A stretch of DNA of 64,000 nt from an uncultured Pseudomonadota bacterium (GTDB taxonomy: Bacteria > Pseudomonadota > Alphaproteobacteria > Rs-D84): NCBI GenBank assembly GCA_947307295.1, contig CAMZIQ010000002.1:80621-144620 (forward strand). Direction: 5' to 3'. The notes under the pieces were generated by a model, which ran no database searches, had not been told where the DNA came from, and saw only the letters and a program-made list of their open reading frames with translations. The position numbers and the translations under genes were made by a program. This document shows positions 28,212 through 37,122 of the stretch, in pieces; position 1 is the stretch's first letter; every line of letters begins with the position of its first letter.

Positions 28212-28236
28212 AACACCGGCATTTGCCGGTGTTTTT
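28212..28236. terminator. bidirectional Rho-independent terminator caccggc-attt-gccggtg plus T-run (recurrent hairpin family)
   Basis: Perfect 7-bp GC-rich stem flanked by A-run and T-run, between accC (+) and rpsO (-). Confidence 0.7.
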
Positions 28237-28239
28237 GTA

Positions 28240-28512
28240 TTATTTACGCAGACCTAATTTTTTAATCAAATCTTCGTATTCAGAAACATCATTCTTTTTG
28301 ATATAAGCCAACAATTTTTTGCGGCGATTAACCATCAACAACAATCCACGTTTAGAATGTTCATCTTTGTGATTGTTTTTCATGTGTTCTGTTAAATTGC
28401 GGATACGTTCTGTTAAAATTGCAACCTGAGATGCAGCAGAACCACCATTGTCGCGTTCACTTGTTTTGAACGCAGCGACCAATTCGCTTTTCTTTTGTTT
28501 AGTCACGGACAT
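28240..28512 (-). CDS. rpsO: 30S ribosomal protein S15
   Basis: 90 aa. Conserved S15 segments [26 protein letters not shown]. Confidence 0.9.
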   Translation of the reverse strand: MSVTKQKKSELVAAFKTSERDNGGSAASQVAILTERIRNLTEHMKNNHKDEHSKRGLLLMVNRRKKLLAYIKKNDVSEYEDLIKKLGLRK

Positions 28513-28529
28513 TGTTAATCCTTATTGTT

Positions 28530-29399
28530 TTAAAGTGTTCGTTTTGGATGCAAAGTCTTGTCTTTTATGCGCCCTATTCCGACGAAAGTTTTATCGCAAT
28601 AAACCCGCACAAAACCGTCGCTTGCATCGACTTTGATAAAGCCACCATTTTTATATAATTTGGTATCTTTATCGTCCAAATTGATTACCGGAATGTCCCC
28701 CAGCGCACAATCTGATGCCATCAAATATTTCATGACAGCGGTATTATTATTAACTAGATTTTCCAAAAAATCAAGTTTTACAGCGTTTTTTATATCAAAC
28801 CCATTTGTTTTAATTCTGCGGATATAAGTTGTAGTTGCAATTGCACCGCACAATTTTGCAATATCACGGACAATTGAACGAACATAAGTCCCGCGTGAAC
28901 ACACCACGCGAAAATTATATTCTTTATCATTTTTACCAGTATATTCTAATTCATAAATAGTTATTTTGCGTGGTTGCAAATCAATTTCTTTCCCATCACG
29001 TGCCAATTCATAAGCGCGTTTTCCGTTTACGTGAATTGCGGAAAATATCGGCGGAATTTGTTCTGTTGTTTTAGATATCTGTTCGCATGCTTTTTTTATA
29101 TTTTCTTCATCAGGAATAATATCGTTGGTTTCAATAGTTTTTCCGGTTATATCCAAAGAATCTGTTTCTGTTCCAAATTTTAATCCGAACAAATATTCTT
29201 TTTTGTTTTCGTTTTCTTCCTCAATAAAAGGAATCATCTTTGTTGCATTTCCAATTGCTATGGGTAAAACACCACTAGCCATAGGATCCAGCGTTCCGAT
29301 GTGTCCGAATTTTTTGTTTCCGAATATCTTAGCAACGCGCCAGCCAGCTTTTCTGCTGTATACGCCACTTTCTTTGTCTAAGATTATAATTCCATCCAT
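28530..29399 (-). CDS. truB: tRNA pseudouridine(55) synthase TruB
   Basis: GHIGTLDPMASGVLPI catalytic Asp motif. Confidence 0.9.
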   Translation of the reverse strand: MDGIIILDKESGVYSRKAGWRVAKIFGNKKFGHIGTLDPMASGVLPIAIGNATKMIPFIEEENENKKEYLFGLKFGTETDSLDITGKTIETNDIIPDEENIKKACEQISKTTEQIPPIFSAIHVNGKRAYELARDGKEIDLQPRKITIYELEYTGKNDKEYNFRVVCSRGTYVRSIVRDIAKLCGAIATTTYIRRIKTNGFDIKNAVKLDFLENLVNNNTAVMKYLMASDCALGDIPVINLDDKDTKLYKNGGFIKVDASDGFVRVYCDKTFVGIGRIKDKTLHPKRTL

Positions 29400-29401
29400 A
29401 T

Positions 29402-31915
29402 CTATCCAAATAATGATAATTGTGATTTGTTTTTTGGTTCTTCAACAACAGGTTTTACAGACGGTTTTTCTTTTTTTATCTGAATCGTTTGAGTTTCTGT
29501 ATTACCAGATTCAAGATTTGATAAAACCTGTTCCGCCCTAGCAACAATTTTTTCAGGCATGCCAGCCATTTTTGCAACTGCGATACCATATGAACGATTT
29601 GCAACACCTGGTATAATCTTATGCAAAAACACTATGTCATTATTATGTTCGCGAACATCAATTGTTAAACATGAAACATTATCCAGATTTTCATCAGTTA
29701 CCAATCTGGTTAATTCGTGATAATGTGTCGCAAAAAGTGTGCGTGGCGCCAATGTGTTCAAATATTCTAATACAGCCTGGGCAATAGCCATACCATCAAA
29801 AGTTGACGTCCCCCGCCCTATTTCATCAAAAATGATAAAAGATTTTTTGGTTGCGCGATTCAGTATATTTGAAGTTTCAACCATTTCAACCATAAATGTA
29901 GATTGACCTGCGGCTAAATTATCTGAAGCCCCAACGCGAGAAAATAATTGATCACATATCCCAATCGTAGCTTTTGTTGCTGGCACAAACGAACCAAGAT
30001 GAGCAAGGACGACCAAAATAGCGTTCTGACGCAAATATGTTGATTTACCAGCCATATTAGGTCCAGTTAACAATGCAATTGGACTTTCGTTCAAATTACA
30101 ATCGTTTTTAACAAAATTTCCACCATTATGACGAAGAACAAATTCTATAACCGGATGTCGACCACCAACAATGTCAAATTTATTATCTTCTGTGATATTT
30201 GGACGAACCCAAGAGTATAAATCTGCACATTCTGCCAAAGACAACCAAACATCAACATCCGCGATTAAATCGGCAGTATTCATTAAATCTGTAGACACAT
30301 CGCGAATTTTTTCTATGAATTTTTCAATGATTTCGTTTTCTATTGCGCTGGCTTTTTCCGAAGCACTTCGAATATCATTATCTAAATCAATCAATCGTGA
30401 TGTTGTAAATCGCATATTGCCAGCCATTGTTTGACGGTGTATAAAACCAGATTCTGGCGCCATTAAAACATCTGCGCGTGCAGAAGGAACCTCTATAAAA
30501 TAACCCAATATATTATTATATTTAATTTTCAAAGTGTTAACATTTGTTTGATTTATATACTGAGCCTGTAATTCAGCAATAGTTTCAATCGCACCATTTG
30601 ATAAATTTCGCATGTTATCCAAAGATAAATCAAATCCAGTTTTTATAACATTGCCATCCCTGAAAAAAGTGGGTAAATCTTCATTCAGCGCGCGTTGCAA
30701 TTCATTAGTAAGTGCATCATGAGTATTTATATCTGCAAATTTTTCCGATAAACCAATATCTAATTTTTTGCCAAAATTTTTTGCAGAATCTAACATAGAT
30801 AAAAATTCAGAAACATTACGTAAATCACGTGGAGTTCCGCGACCCGACAATAAACGCGATATTGCACGATTCACATCGGGTATCCGTGTTAAAACAGATG
30901 TAATTTCTGCCATCAAAGAATGATTAGATAACAAATGACCAATATGTGATTGACGTGATAAAATTACGTCTTTATCGCCCGGTAAAGTACGTAAATAAGA
31001 ACGCAATTTTCGTGCACCTGATGCTGTTTTTGTTTTATCAATTACATCTAATAAACATGTTCCGCCATCATTAAGCGAAGAATCTATTTCTAAACTTTTC
31101 CAAGTTGATGAATCTATGATTAATTGTCGACCTGATTTAAATGCGTACGGTGCGCGGAAAGATATATTTGCACCACGTTGAGTATTAAATAAATATCCCG
31201 CCAATAATCGTATTGCTGAAACATCTGTTTGATTATCTGATGGCGCATTTCCGCCGAATACATGTGAAACAATTACGTTTATATCAGAACGTAAATATAA
31301 TTTTTCATATACTGGCGTAGTTTTATATATTTCACGTAAATTTTTAATTATTTGGTGTTCCGCATTTTGTTCTGGATAGATAATTTCAGCAGGATTTATA
31401 CGAATCATATCATCAACAATACAGTCTGATTGCCCGATAAAAAATTCACCCGTAGAAATATCACAACCAGCCAAATCAAATTTAGCATTACCAATCGGAA
31501 CAATAGAAATTAAAAAATTAGAATTTTTTGGTGTTAATAAATTATCATCTGTCAAAGTTCCAGGCGTTAAAACACGTACAACTTTGCGTTCAATGAATTT
31601 GTGCCCGCGTTGTTTTGCCTGTTGCGGTGTTTCCATTTGTTCAACCAGTGCCACTTTGAATCCGGATTTTACCAATCTTCCGAAATAGTTATCTGCTGCA
31701 TGCCACGGAATCCCACACATAGGAACATCTACGCCAAAACCATCTGTTCCACGATGTGTTAAAACCAGACTTAAAGCTTCGCTTACAGTTTTTGCATCTT
31801 CAAAAAAAGCCTCATAAAAATCGCCCAAACGAAAAAGCAAAAGCGCATCTGGGTTTTCAGATTTCATATCAACATATTGTTGCATAACTGGCGAAAGTTT
31901 ATTTTTTTCAGCCAT
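29402..31915 (-). CDS. mutS: DNA mismatch repair protein MutS
   Basis: Walker A GPNMAGKST, Walker B IIFDEIGRGTS, length 837 aa, N-terminal mismatch-binding domain. Confidence 0.92.
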   Translation of the reverse strand: MAEKNKLSPVMQQYVDMKSENPDALLLFRLGDFYEAFFEDAKTVSEALSLVLTHRGTDGFGVDVPMCGIPWHAADNYFGRLVKSGFKVALVEQMETPQQAKQRGHKFIERKVVRVLTPGTLTDDNLLTPKNSNFLISIVPIGNAKFDLAGCDISTGEFFIGQSDCIVDDMIRINPAEIIYPEQNAEHQIIKNLREIYKTTPVYEKLYLRSDINVIVSHVFGGNAPSDNQTDVSAIRLLAGYLFNTQRGANISFRAPYAFKSGRQLIIDSSTWKSLEIDSSLNDGGTCLLDVIDKTKTASGARKLRSYLRTLPGDKDVILSRQSHIGHLLSNHSLMAEITSVLTRIPDVNRAISRLLSGRGTPRDLRNVSEFLSMLDSAKNFGKKLDIGLSEKFADINTHDALTNELQRALNEDLPTFFRDGNVIKTGFDLSLDNMRNLSNGAIETIAELQAQYINQTNVNTLKIKYNNILGYFIEVPSARADVLMAPESGFIHRQTMAGNMRFTTSRLIDLDNDIRSASEKASAIENEIIEKFIEKIRDVSTDLMNTADLIADVDVWLSLAECADLYSWVRPNITEDNKFDIVGGRHPVIEFVLRHNGGNFVKNDCNLNESPIALLTGPNMAGKSTYLRQNAILVVLAHLGSFVPATKATIGICDQLFSRVGASDNLAAGQSTFMVEMVETSNILNRATKKSFIIFDEIGRGTSTFDGMAIAQAVLEYLNTLAPRTLFATHYHELTRLVTDENLDNVSCLTIDVREHNNDIVFLHKIIPGVANRSYGIAVAKMAGMPEKIVARAEQVLSNLESGNTETQTIQIKKEKPSVKPVVEEPKNKSQLSLFG

Positions 31916-31917
31916 TT

Positions 31918-32124
31918 TTATTCACCGGTATTAGCTATTTTCAACGTTTCAATTTTTAATTCTGCTTCTTTTAATAACTGTTCACAATATGCTTTTAATT
32001 TAATTCCTTGTTCATACGCAGCAACAGAATCAGCCAAAGGCATTTCCCCGCTTTCCATTTTTTTTACCAATTCAGTTAATTGTTTGTACGCATCTTCAAA
32101 AGAAAGTTTATTTGTATCCATCAA
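31918..32124 (-). CDS. xseB: exodeoxyribonuclease VII small subunit
   Basis: 68 aa. FEDAYKQLTELVKKMESGEMPL...YEQGIKL XseB pattern. Confidence 0.8.
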   Translation of the reverse strand: MMDTNKLSFEDAYKQLTELVKKMESGEMPLADSVAAYEQGIKLKAYCEQLLKEAELKIETLKIANTGE

Positions 32125-32228
32125 AATATCCTTTTGTTTTTAACAAAATCAAGATACAGCATAAAATCATTTTTTGCAACAAATAAACTTTGTATATGTA
32201 TAAAAAAACCGCCCTTTTGGGCGGAATT

Positions 32229-32741
32229 TTATTTTGCTGGGGCAATTATAATTGATTTAGTTCTTTCATCGGGTTTCGATTTGGATTCCAGCGTTCCACG
32301 TTCGCCGACCAATTCAACAATATGAGCAAATAATTGTGGAATTGCATCACGACCACGTGCCAGAACTTTTTTTGCACCCTTGGTCATAATAGCGATTTTT
32401 ACTTTGTTGCCTTCGTCCAAGAATTCAAAAACTTTTTTCATTTTGATGTTTAAATCGTTTTCTTCGATAAAAGGTTTAACCCAAACTTCTTTTAATTCTA
32501 TGGTTTTTTGTTTTTTACGTGCTTCGCTAGCGCGTTTTTTCTGTTCGTATTTATATTTGCCATAATCCATAATTTTGACCAATACAGGCGTAGCTTGTGC
32601 GTTTATTTCTACCAAATCTAAATTTGCATCAAAAGCCATATTTAATGCATCGCTTGTATTCATGACACCGAGATTTTGACCATCCTGACTAATTACTTGG
32701 ACAGTTTTTGCAAATATCTTTTCGTTTATACGTGGGCCCAT
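32229..32741 (-). CDS. infC: translation initiation factor IF-3
   Basis: RINEKI...VISQDGQNLGVM N-domain and IMDYGKYKYEQ linker, 170 aa. Confidence 0.88.
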   Translation of the reverse strand: MGPRINEKIFAKTVQVISQDGQNLGVMNTSDALNMAFDANLDLVEINAQATPVLVKIMDYGKYKYEQKKRASEARKKQKTIELKEVWVKPFIEENDLNIKMKKVFEFLDEGNKVKIAIMTKGAKKVLARGRDAIPQLFAHIVELVGERGTLESKSKPDERTKSIIIAPAK

Positions 32742-32820
32742 ATCACGAGCCTTGTTATTTGTATTATTCGTTTTAATAGTAATGCTCCTTTAATAACTAC
32801 AGGCGCATTATTAAATATTT

Positions 32821-33621
32821 TTAAGAGTTTTTCAACAATTTTTGAACATTTTGCAAAGCAACCCATACATCTTTTTTTGCGCTTGGTTTCAAAATCAAAT
32901 AATTTGGGTGATACATAGGTACAACTATACTTCCGTTATCGCTGATGATTTCGCTTCCGTGGACATCACTAAGGTTGCTTTTAGTGATTTCTGTTGTAGC
33001 CATTGTTCCAAAAGTAATAATTACGCGTGGCGACAACATTTCTATTATTTTATTAACAAAAGGCAAAGATAAATCTAATTCTTCACGAGATGGGCTGCGA
33101 CCACCAGGTGTTCGCCAAAATAGCAATGGTATAATAGAAACGTTTTTGCGCGACATACCTATGGCAGATAACATTTTATCTGTCATTTCACCGGCGTTCC
33201 CAGATAAAATTTGTCCTGATAAATCATCGTCTGTACTTGGCAAATCAGTAATGATTAATAAACCATTTGGCTCAGTTGCTATATTTGGTAAAACAACATT
33301 TGTCGCCCCATTTCGCAAAGGATGATTAAATTCACCAATCATACGAATCAGAGAATTTATATCAGTTGGTCGCAAAACCATGGATTTTACAGTATCTAAA
33401 TTTATTGGTGCAGAAGGTGGAATAATGGATGGCTTTTCTGAACCGGGCCGATTCGTTTGAAAAGTTTGTTGAACAGGCGGACGTTTATAATCGTGCTTTA
33501 CCGGCGTTTCTGTCAGTTCCCAACGCACCCCAGCCATATTCAAATCTTGTAAAGCATGTATTTCCATGTTTTTTCCTTGATTTTTAAATAATCTTATTAT
33601 ACAATATACCCTGAGCAACAA
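32821..33621 (-). CDS. uracil-DNA glycosylase superfamily protein (family 4/5-like C-terminal domain) with ~120-aa N-terminal extension
   Basis: C-terminal half has the UDG-fold pattern (ITDLPS..., VVPMYHPNYL as the HPS-like motif). N-terminal region is Pro-rich and unassigned. Confidence 0.5.
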   Translation of the reverse strand: MLLRVYCIIRLFKNQGKNMEIHALQDLNMAGVRWELTETPVKHDYKRPPVQQTFQTNRPGSEKPSIIPPSAPINLDTVKSMVLRPTDINSLIRMIGEFNHPLRNGATNVVLPNIATEPNGLLIITDLPSTDDDLSGQILSGNAGEMTDKMLSAIGMSRKNVSIIPLLFWRTPGGRSPSREELDLSLPFVNKIIEMLSPRVIITFGTMATTEITKSNLSDVHGSEIISDNGSIVVPMYHPNYLILKPSAKKDVWVALQNVQKLLKNS

Positions 33622-33641
33622 AAACTCAAGGGAGTATTTTC

Positions 33642-34058
33642 ATGAAAATAGTAAACTTTGCTTTGTTAGCTGGTGTTGCTGGAATGCTTGCTGCTTGCGG
33701 CGGTTCCAGTGTTGTTGAACCAACTGATTTGAATGATCAACGTGTTTTCTTTGCTTTTAATTCAGCAGAAATTTCTGACGAAGCAGAAAACAATTTGTTG
33801 GGTCAATCTTTGTATTTGAAAAATCACGAAGACACAAAAATCCAAATAGCTGGTAATTGTGACGAACGTGGTTCCACAGAATACAACTTGGCTTTGGGTG
33901 CACGTCGTGCAAACGCTGCCAAAAGAGTGTTGGTTAATGATGGTATAGATGCATCTCGTATCTCTACAATCTCTTACGGTAAAGAACGTCCATTGGTCAA
34001 AGGTACTGGTGAAGACGTTTGGAAATATAACCGTAACGCAACAACAACAGTTAAATAA
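33642..34058 (+). CDS. pal: peptidoglycan-associated lipoprotein (OmpA-like)
   Basis: Lipobox LAACGG and the OmpA_C motif NCDERGSTEYNLALGARRANAAKRVL. Confidence 0.85.
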   Translation: MKIVNFALLAGVAGMLAACGGSSVVEPTDLNDQRVFFAFNSAEISDEAENNLLGQSLYLKNHEDTKIQIAGNCDERGSTEYNLALGARRANAAKRVLVNDGIDASRISTISYGKERPLVKGTGEDVWKYNRNATTTVK

Positions 34059-34068
34059 TAACTTTGTT

Positions 34069-34093
34069 ATTCAAAAAACACCGGCAAATGCCG
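34069..34093. terminator. Rho-independent terminator caccggc-aaat-gccggtg plus T7
   Basis: Perfect hairpin plus T-run directly after pal. Same hairpin family as at 28212. Confidence 0.7.
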
Positions 34094-34147
34094 GTGTTTT
34101 TTTATAAAAATACATTGTTTTAATTTTTTGTTTTTGGTAAAATATTT

Positions 34148-34759
34148 TTGATTAGAAAAGCAGGTAATAACATGATTCTTTTGTTGTATTTTTTATATGT
34201 ATTGGTTGCGATAGTTTTTGTTTTAGATTGTTATTTAATATTGAAATTTATTGAATTTGTCTATTGTGCGCATGTTCTTAAACAACCACCTATGGCAGCA
34301 AGTGTTAAAGATTTAAGAAAAACTGTTGTCAAAGAAATAAATAAATATTATAAAAACGCTAAAAATATTTGTGATTTTGGTTCTGGATTTGGTGGCTTGG
34401 CGCGTTATATTTCTAAAAATACTGGGGCAAATGTATATGGTCTGGAAAATATGCCGTTCAGCGTGTTTATATCAAAATTGTCTGATTATTTTTGCAAGAC
34501 AACTAATAAAACAATTTGGTGTAATGGTTTTGATTACATGGATAAAACCAAGACAAAATTTGATGTTATTGTTGCCTATCTTGGACCTGATTTAACACCG
34601 CATTTATTAAAGTATAAAAATAAAATGCGTGTATTGATATCTTTAGATTTTAAAATCAAAGGTTTAAAACCAACCCGTATAACAAAGGTTGGTTCTGGCG
34701 CAACGATTTATTGGGGTAAATTATATCCGCACAGGTTATACGTATATGAATTTAAATAA
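34148..34759 (+). CDS. class I SAM-dependent methyltransferase with N-terminal transmembrane helix (start probably internal Met, MILLLYF)
   Basis: Motif I ICDFGSGFGGLARYI and the post-I acidic residue YGLEN. Hydrophobic N-terminus. Confidence 0.55.
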   Translation: MIRKAGNNMILLLYFLYVLVAIVFVLDCYLILKFIEFVYCAHVLKQPPMAASVKDLRKTVVKEINKYYKNAKNICDFGSGFGGLARYISKNTGANVYGLENMPFSVFISKLSDYFCKTTNKTIWCNGFDYMDKTKTKFDVIVAYLGPDLTPHLLKYKNKMRVLISLDFKIKGLKPTRITKVGSGATIYWGKLYPHRLYVYEFK

Positions 34760-34764
34760 AAAAA

Positions 34765-34788
34765 CACCGGCATTTACCGGTGTTTTCT
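34765..34788. terminator. bidirectional terminator caccgg-cattta-ccggtg plus T-run between the methyltransferase (+) and parB (-)
   Basis: Hairpin family variant, flanked by A-run and T-run. Confidence 0.6.
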
Positions 34789-34795
34789 AATATTT

Positions 34796-35671
34796 TTATT
34801 TGGATAATTTATTTATCAAATCTTCCATTTGAATGCGATTCGAAAAAGATATTATAAATTGCCCTGCTCCACCCTTTTTTTCGCGTAATTTAACATCTGA
34901 ATCTAATTTTGATGATAATTTAGATTCTATTTTTGCTACATACGCCTTATCCAATGTATTCTTATTAAAAGACCGGCTGTTTTGTGAACGAGTTGTATTT
35001 TTTACACGTTTTTGTGTTTCTGCTACGGACAATTTGTTGTTTATAATATCGTGAGCCATTTGTTCTGGGTTATCAGAAACTGCGATTGTGCGTGCATGAG
35101 ATGCTGATATTTTACCTTCTTTGATTAAATTTTTGACAGATTCAGGCAAAGAAACAATACGCATAAGGTTTCTGATATAACTTTCTGATTTTCCGATTAA
35201 TCTTGAAACGTCTTGCAAAGAATATTGACATTTTTCCATCAAATTCTTATAACCTTCGGCTTCTTCGACTGGATTAAGATTTTCGCGTTGCACGTTTTCA
35301 ATCAAAGCAATTTCCATTGCATTTTTGTCGTCCAATGTTTTTACCAGCGCAGGAATTTCGCTTAAACCAGCTAATTGAGCAGCACGAAAACGTCTTTCGC
35401 CAGCAACAATTTCGTACAAATAAGGCTTGTTTTTAACACTACGCAAAATGATAGGGACTAAAACCCCCTGCTCTTTAATGGATTTTGCCAGTTCTTGTAA
35501 TTCTTCTTCATTAAAAGTTTTGCGTGGCTGATCAGGATTAGGACTTATTTGTGCCAAAGGGATAGGTTTTACGACAACGCGTTCCGTGCCAGTTAATACA
35601 GAAATATCTGGGATTTGTCCCATTTCTTCATTTAATTCTGCCAAACCTTTGCCTAAAAATTTAGATGCCAT
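34796..35671 (-). CDS. parB: chromosome partitioning protein ParB
   Basis: GERRFRAA motif (IVAGERRFRAAQLAGL) and HTH region. Confidence 0.92.
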   Translation of the reverse strand: MASKFLGKGLAELNEEMGQIPDISVLTGTERVVVKPIPLAQISPNPDQPRKTFNEEELQELAKSIKEQGVLVPIILRSVKNKPYLYEIVAGERRFRAAQLAGLSEIPALVKTLDDKNAMEIALIENVQRENLNPVEEAEGYKNLMEKCQYSLQDVSRLIGKSESYIRNLMRIVSLPESVKNLIKEGKISASHARTIAVSDNPEQMAHDIINNKLSVAETQKRVKNTTRSQNSRSFNKNTLDKAYVAKIESKLSSKLDSDVKLREKKGGAGQFIISFSNRIQMEDLINKLSK

Positions 35672-35672
35672 A

Positions 35673-36446
35673 TTATATCCTTTTTTCTAATGCGTTCACA
35701 ACTTCGGTGGCTACGCGTAAATAAGCCTGGGCGCCAGAAGATTTAAAATCATAGAATAGGGCAGGTTTTCCATGACTTGGCGCTTCTGAGATACGAACGT
35801 TGCGTGGAACAACAGTTTTAAATACTTTGTCCCCAAATGTTTTTCTAACATCCTCTTCCACAGCGCGAGTTAAACCCAATTTTTTGTCGTACATTGTTAA
35901 AACCATACCCAATATATCTAATTTTGGATTCCATTTTTGTTGAATTGCTTTGATTGTAGACAGCAAATGTTGTACACCTTCTAATGCAAAAAATTCACAT
36001 TGTAATGGAATTATAACATAATCTGAAGCCGTTAAAGCGTTTATAGTTATCATACCCAAATTTGGCGGACAATCTATTAGTATATAATCATAATTATTTT
36101 TTACAGAATCCAAAGCATCGCGCAAACGATATTCGCGTTTGTCTAAATCCAGCATATCTAATTCCGCGCCAGCTAATTTAGCAGAAGCCGGCAATAAATG
36201 CATATTTGGTACAGCCGTAGTTAAAATGTTTTCAGCAACCGTTGCAGTGCCCATTAAAACACCATATACGCTTTGTTTGTGGGATGCACGAACAAAACCT
36301 AAACCTGTACCTGCGTTGCCCTGGGAATCTAAATCTATTAACAAAACGCGTTTTTTTATTGCAGCCAAAGATGTAGCGATATTTATCGCGGTCGTTGTTT
36401 TTCCTACACCACCTTTTTGATTTGCAAAAGATATTATTTTTGTCAT
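35673..36446 (-). CDS. parA: chromosome partitioning ATPase ParA (Soj)
   Basis: Deviant Walker A KGGVGKTT. Directly upstream of parB. Confidence 0.92.
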   Translation of the reverse strand: MTKIISFANQKGGVGKTTTAINIATSLAAIKKRVLLIDLDSQGNAGTGLGFVRASHKQSVYGVLMGTATVAENILTTAVPNMHLLPASAKLAGAELDMLDLDKREYRLRDALDSVKNNYDYILIDCPPNLGMITINALTASDYVIIPLQCEFFALEGVQHLLSTIKAIQQKWNPKLDILGMVLTMYDKKLGLTRAVEEDVRKTFGDKVFKTVVPRNVRISEAPSHGKPALFYDFKSSGAQAYLRVATEVVNALEKRI

Positions 36447-36561
36447 TTATTCGCCTTTCTTGATAGAAAACAGCATATAAAATAGAAAAAAATTAGTCAA
36501 TACAAATATTAAAATCGTGTAAAAACAATAAGTTATATGTTATTTCATATGAAATATTGGA

Positions 36562-37122
36562 TTATTTTAAGTTATAGATATATGCGATATAACCATCGCC
36601 TGTTTCAGATTTGTATAATTTATAATCAAACTTATAACCGGCTTTTGCGATTAGAATTTCGCTATCAATTTCCCGGCCTTTTAATAGAAAAAGCCGGCAT
36701 TTTGTTTTGTGTGTATAATCAAAAATTTTTATTAATGGTGCAAATGCCCGTGCGGTGAATACAAAATCCCCGGCCTTTACCGGTGTTTTCGATAAAAAAT
36801 TTTCAATCCTGTCATTAATAATTGTCAGATTTGGTAAATCTAGTTTTTCTTTTAATTCAGACAAAAATTTTGTTTTTTTGCCAATCGATTCGATACATGT
36901 CACATTCCAACCCAAAATTGCCAAAACAACGCCAGGAAAACCAGCACCGCTACCCAAATCAATAATGTTTACATCTTTTGGGATATATTTAGCCAATTGA
37001 GCGCTGTCGTTTATGTGTCTTTGGCGTATGTTTGTTAAGGTGCTAGGGGCCACCAAGTTCATTTTGGTTGACCATTCTTTGAGTAATTTTTCGTATTCAA
37101 TAAATTTTTCTTCTATTTTCAT
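36562..37122 (-). CDS. rsmG: 16S rRNA (guanine527-N7)-methyltransferase RsmG (GidB)
   Basis: SAM motif DLGSGAGFPGVVLAI. Operon rsmG-parA-parB. Confidence 0.85.
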   Translation of the reverse strand: MKIEEKFIEYEKLLKEWSTKMNLVAPSTLTNIRQRHINDSAQLAKYIPKDVNIIDLGSGAGFPGVVLAILGWNVTCIESIGKKTKFLSELKEKLDLPNLTIINDRIENFLSKTPVKAGDFVFTARAFAPLIKIFDYTHKTKCRLFLLKGREIDSEILIAKAGYKFDYKLYKSETGDGYIAYIYNLK

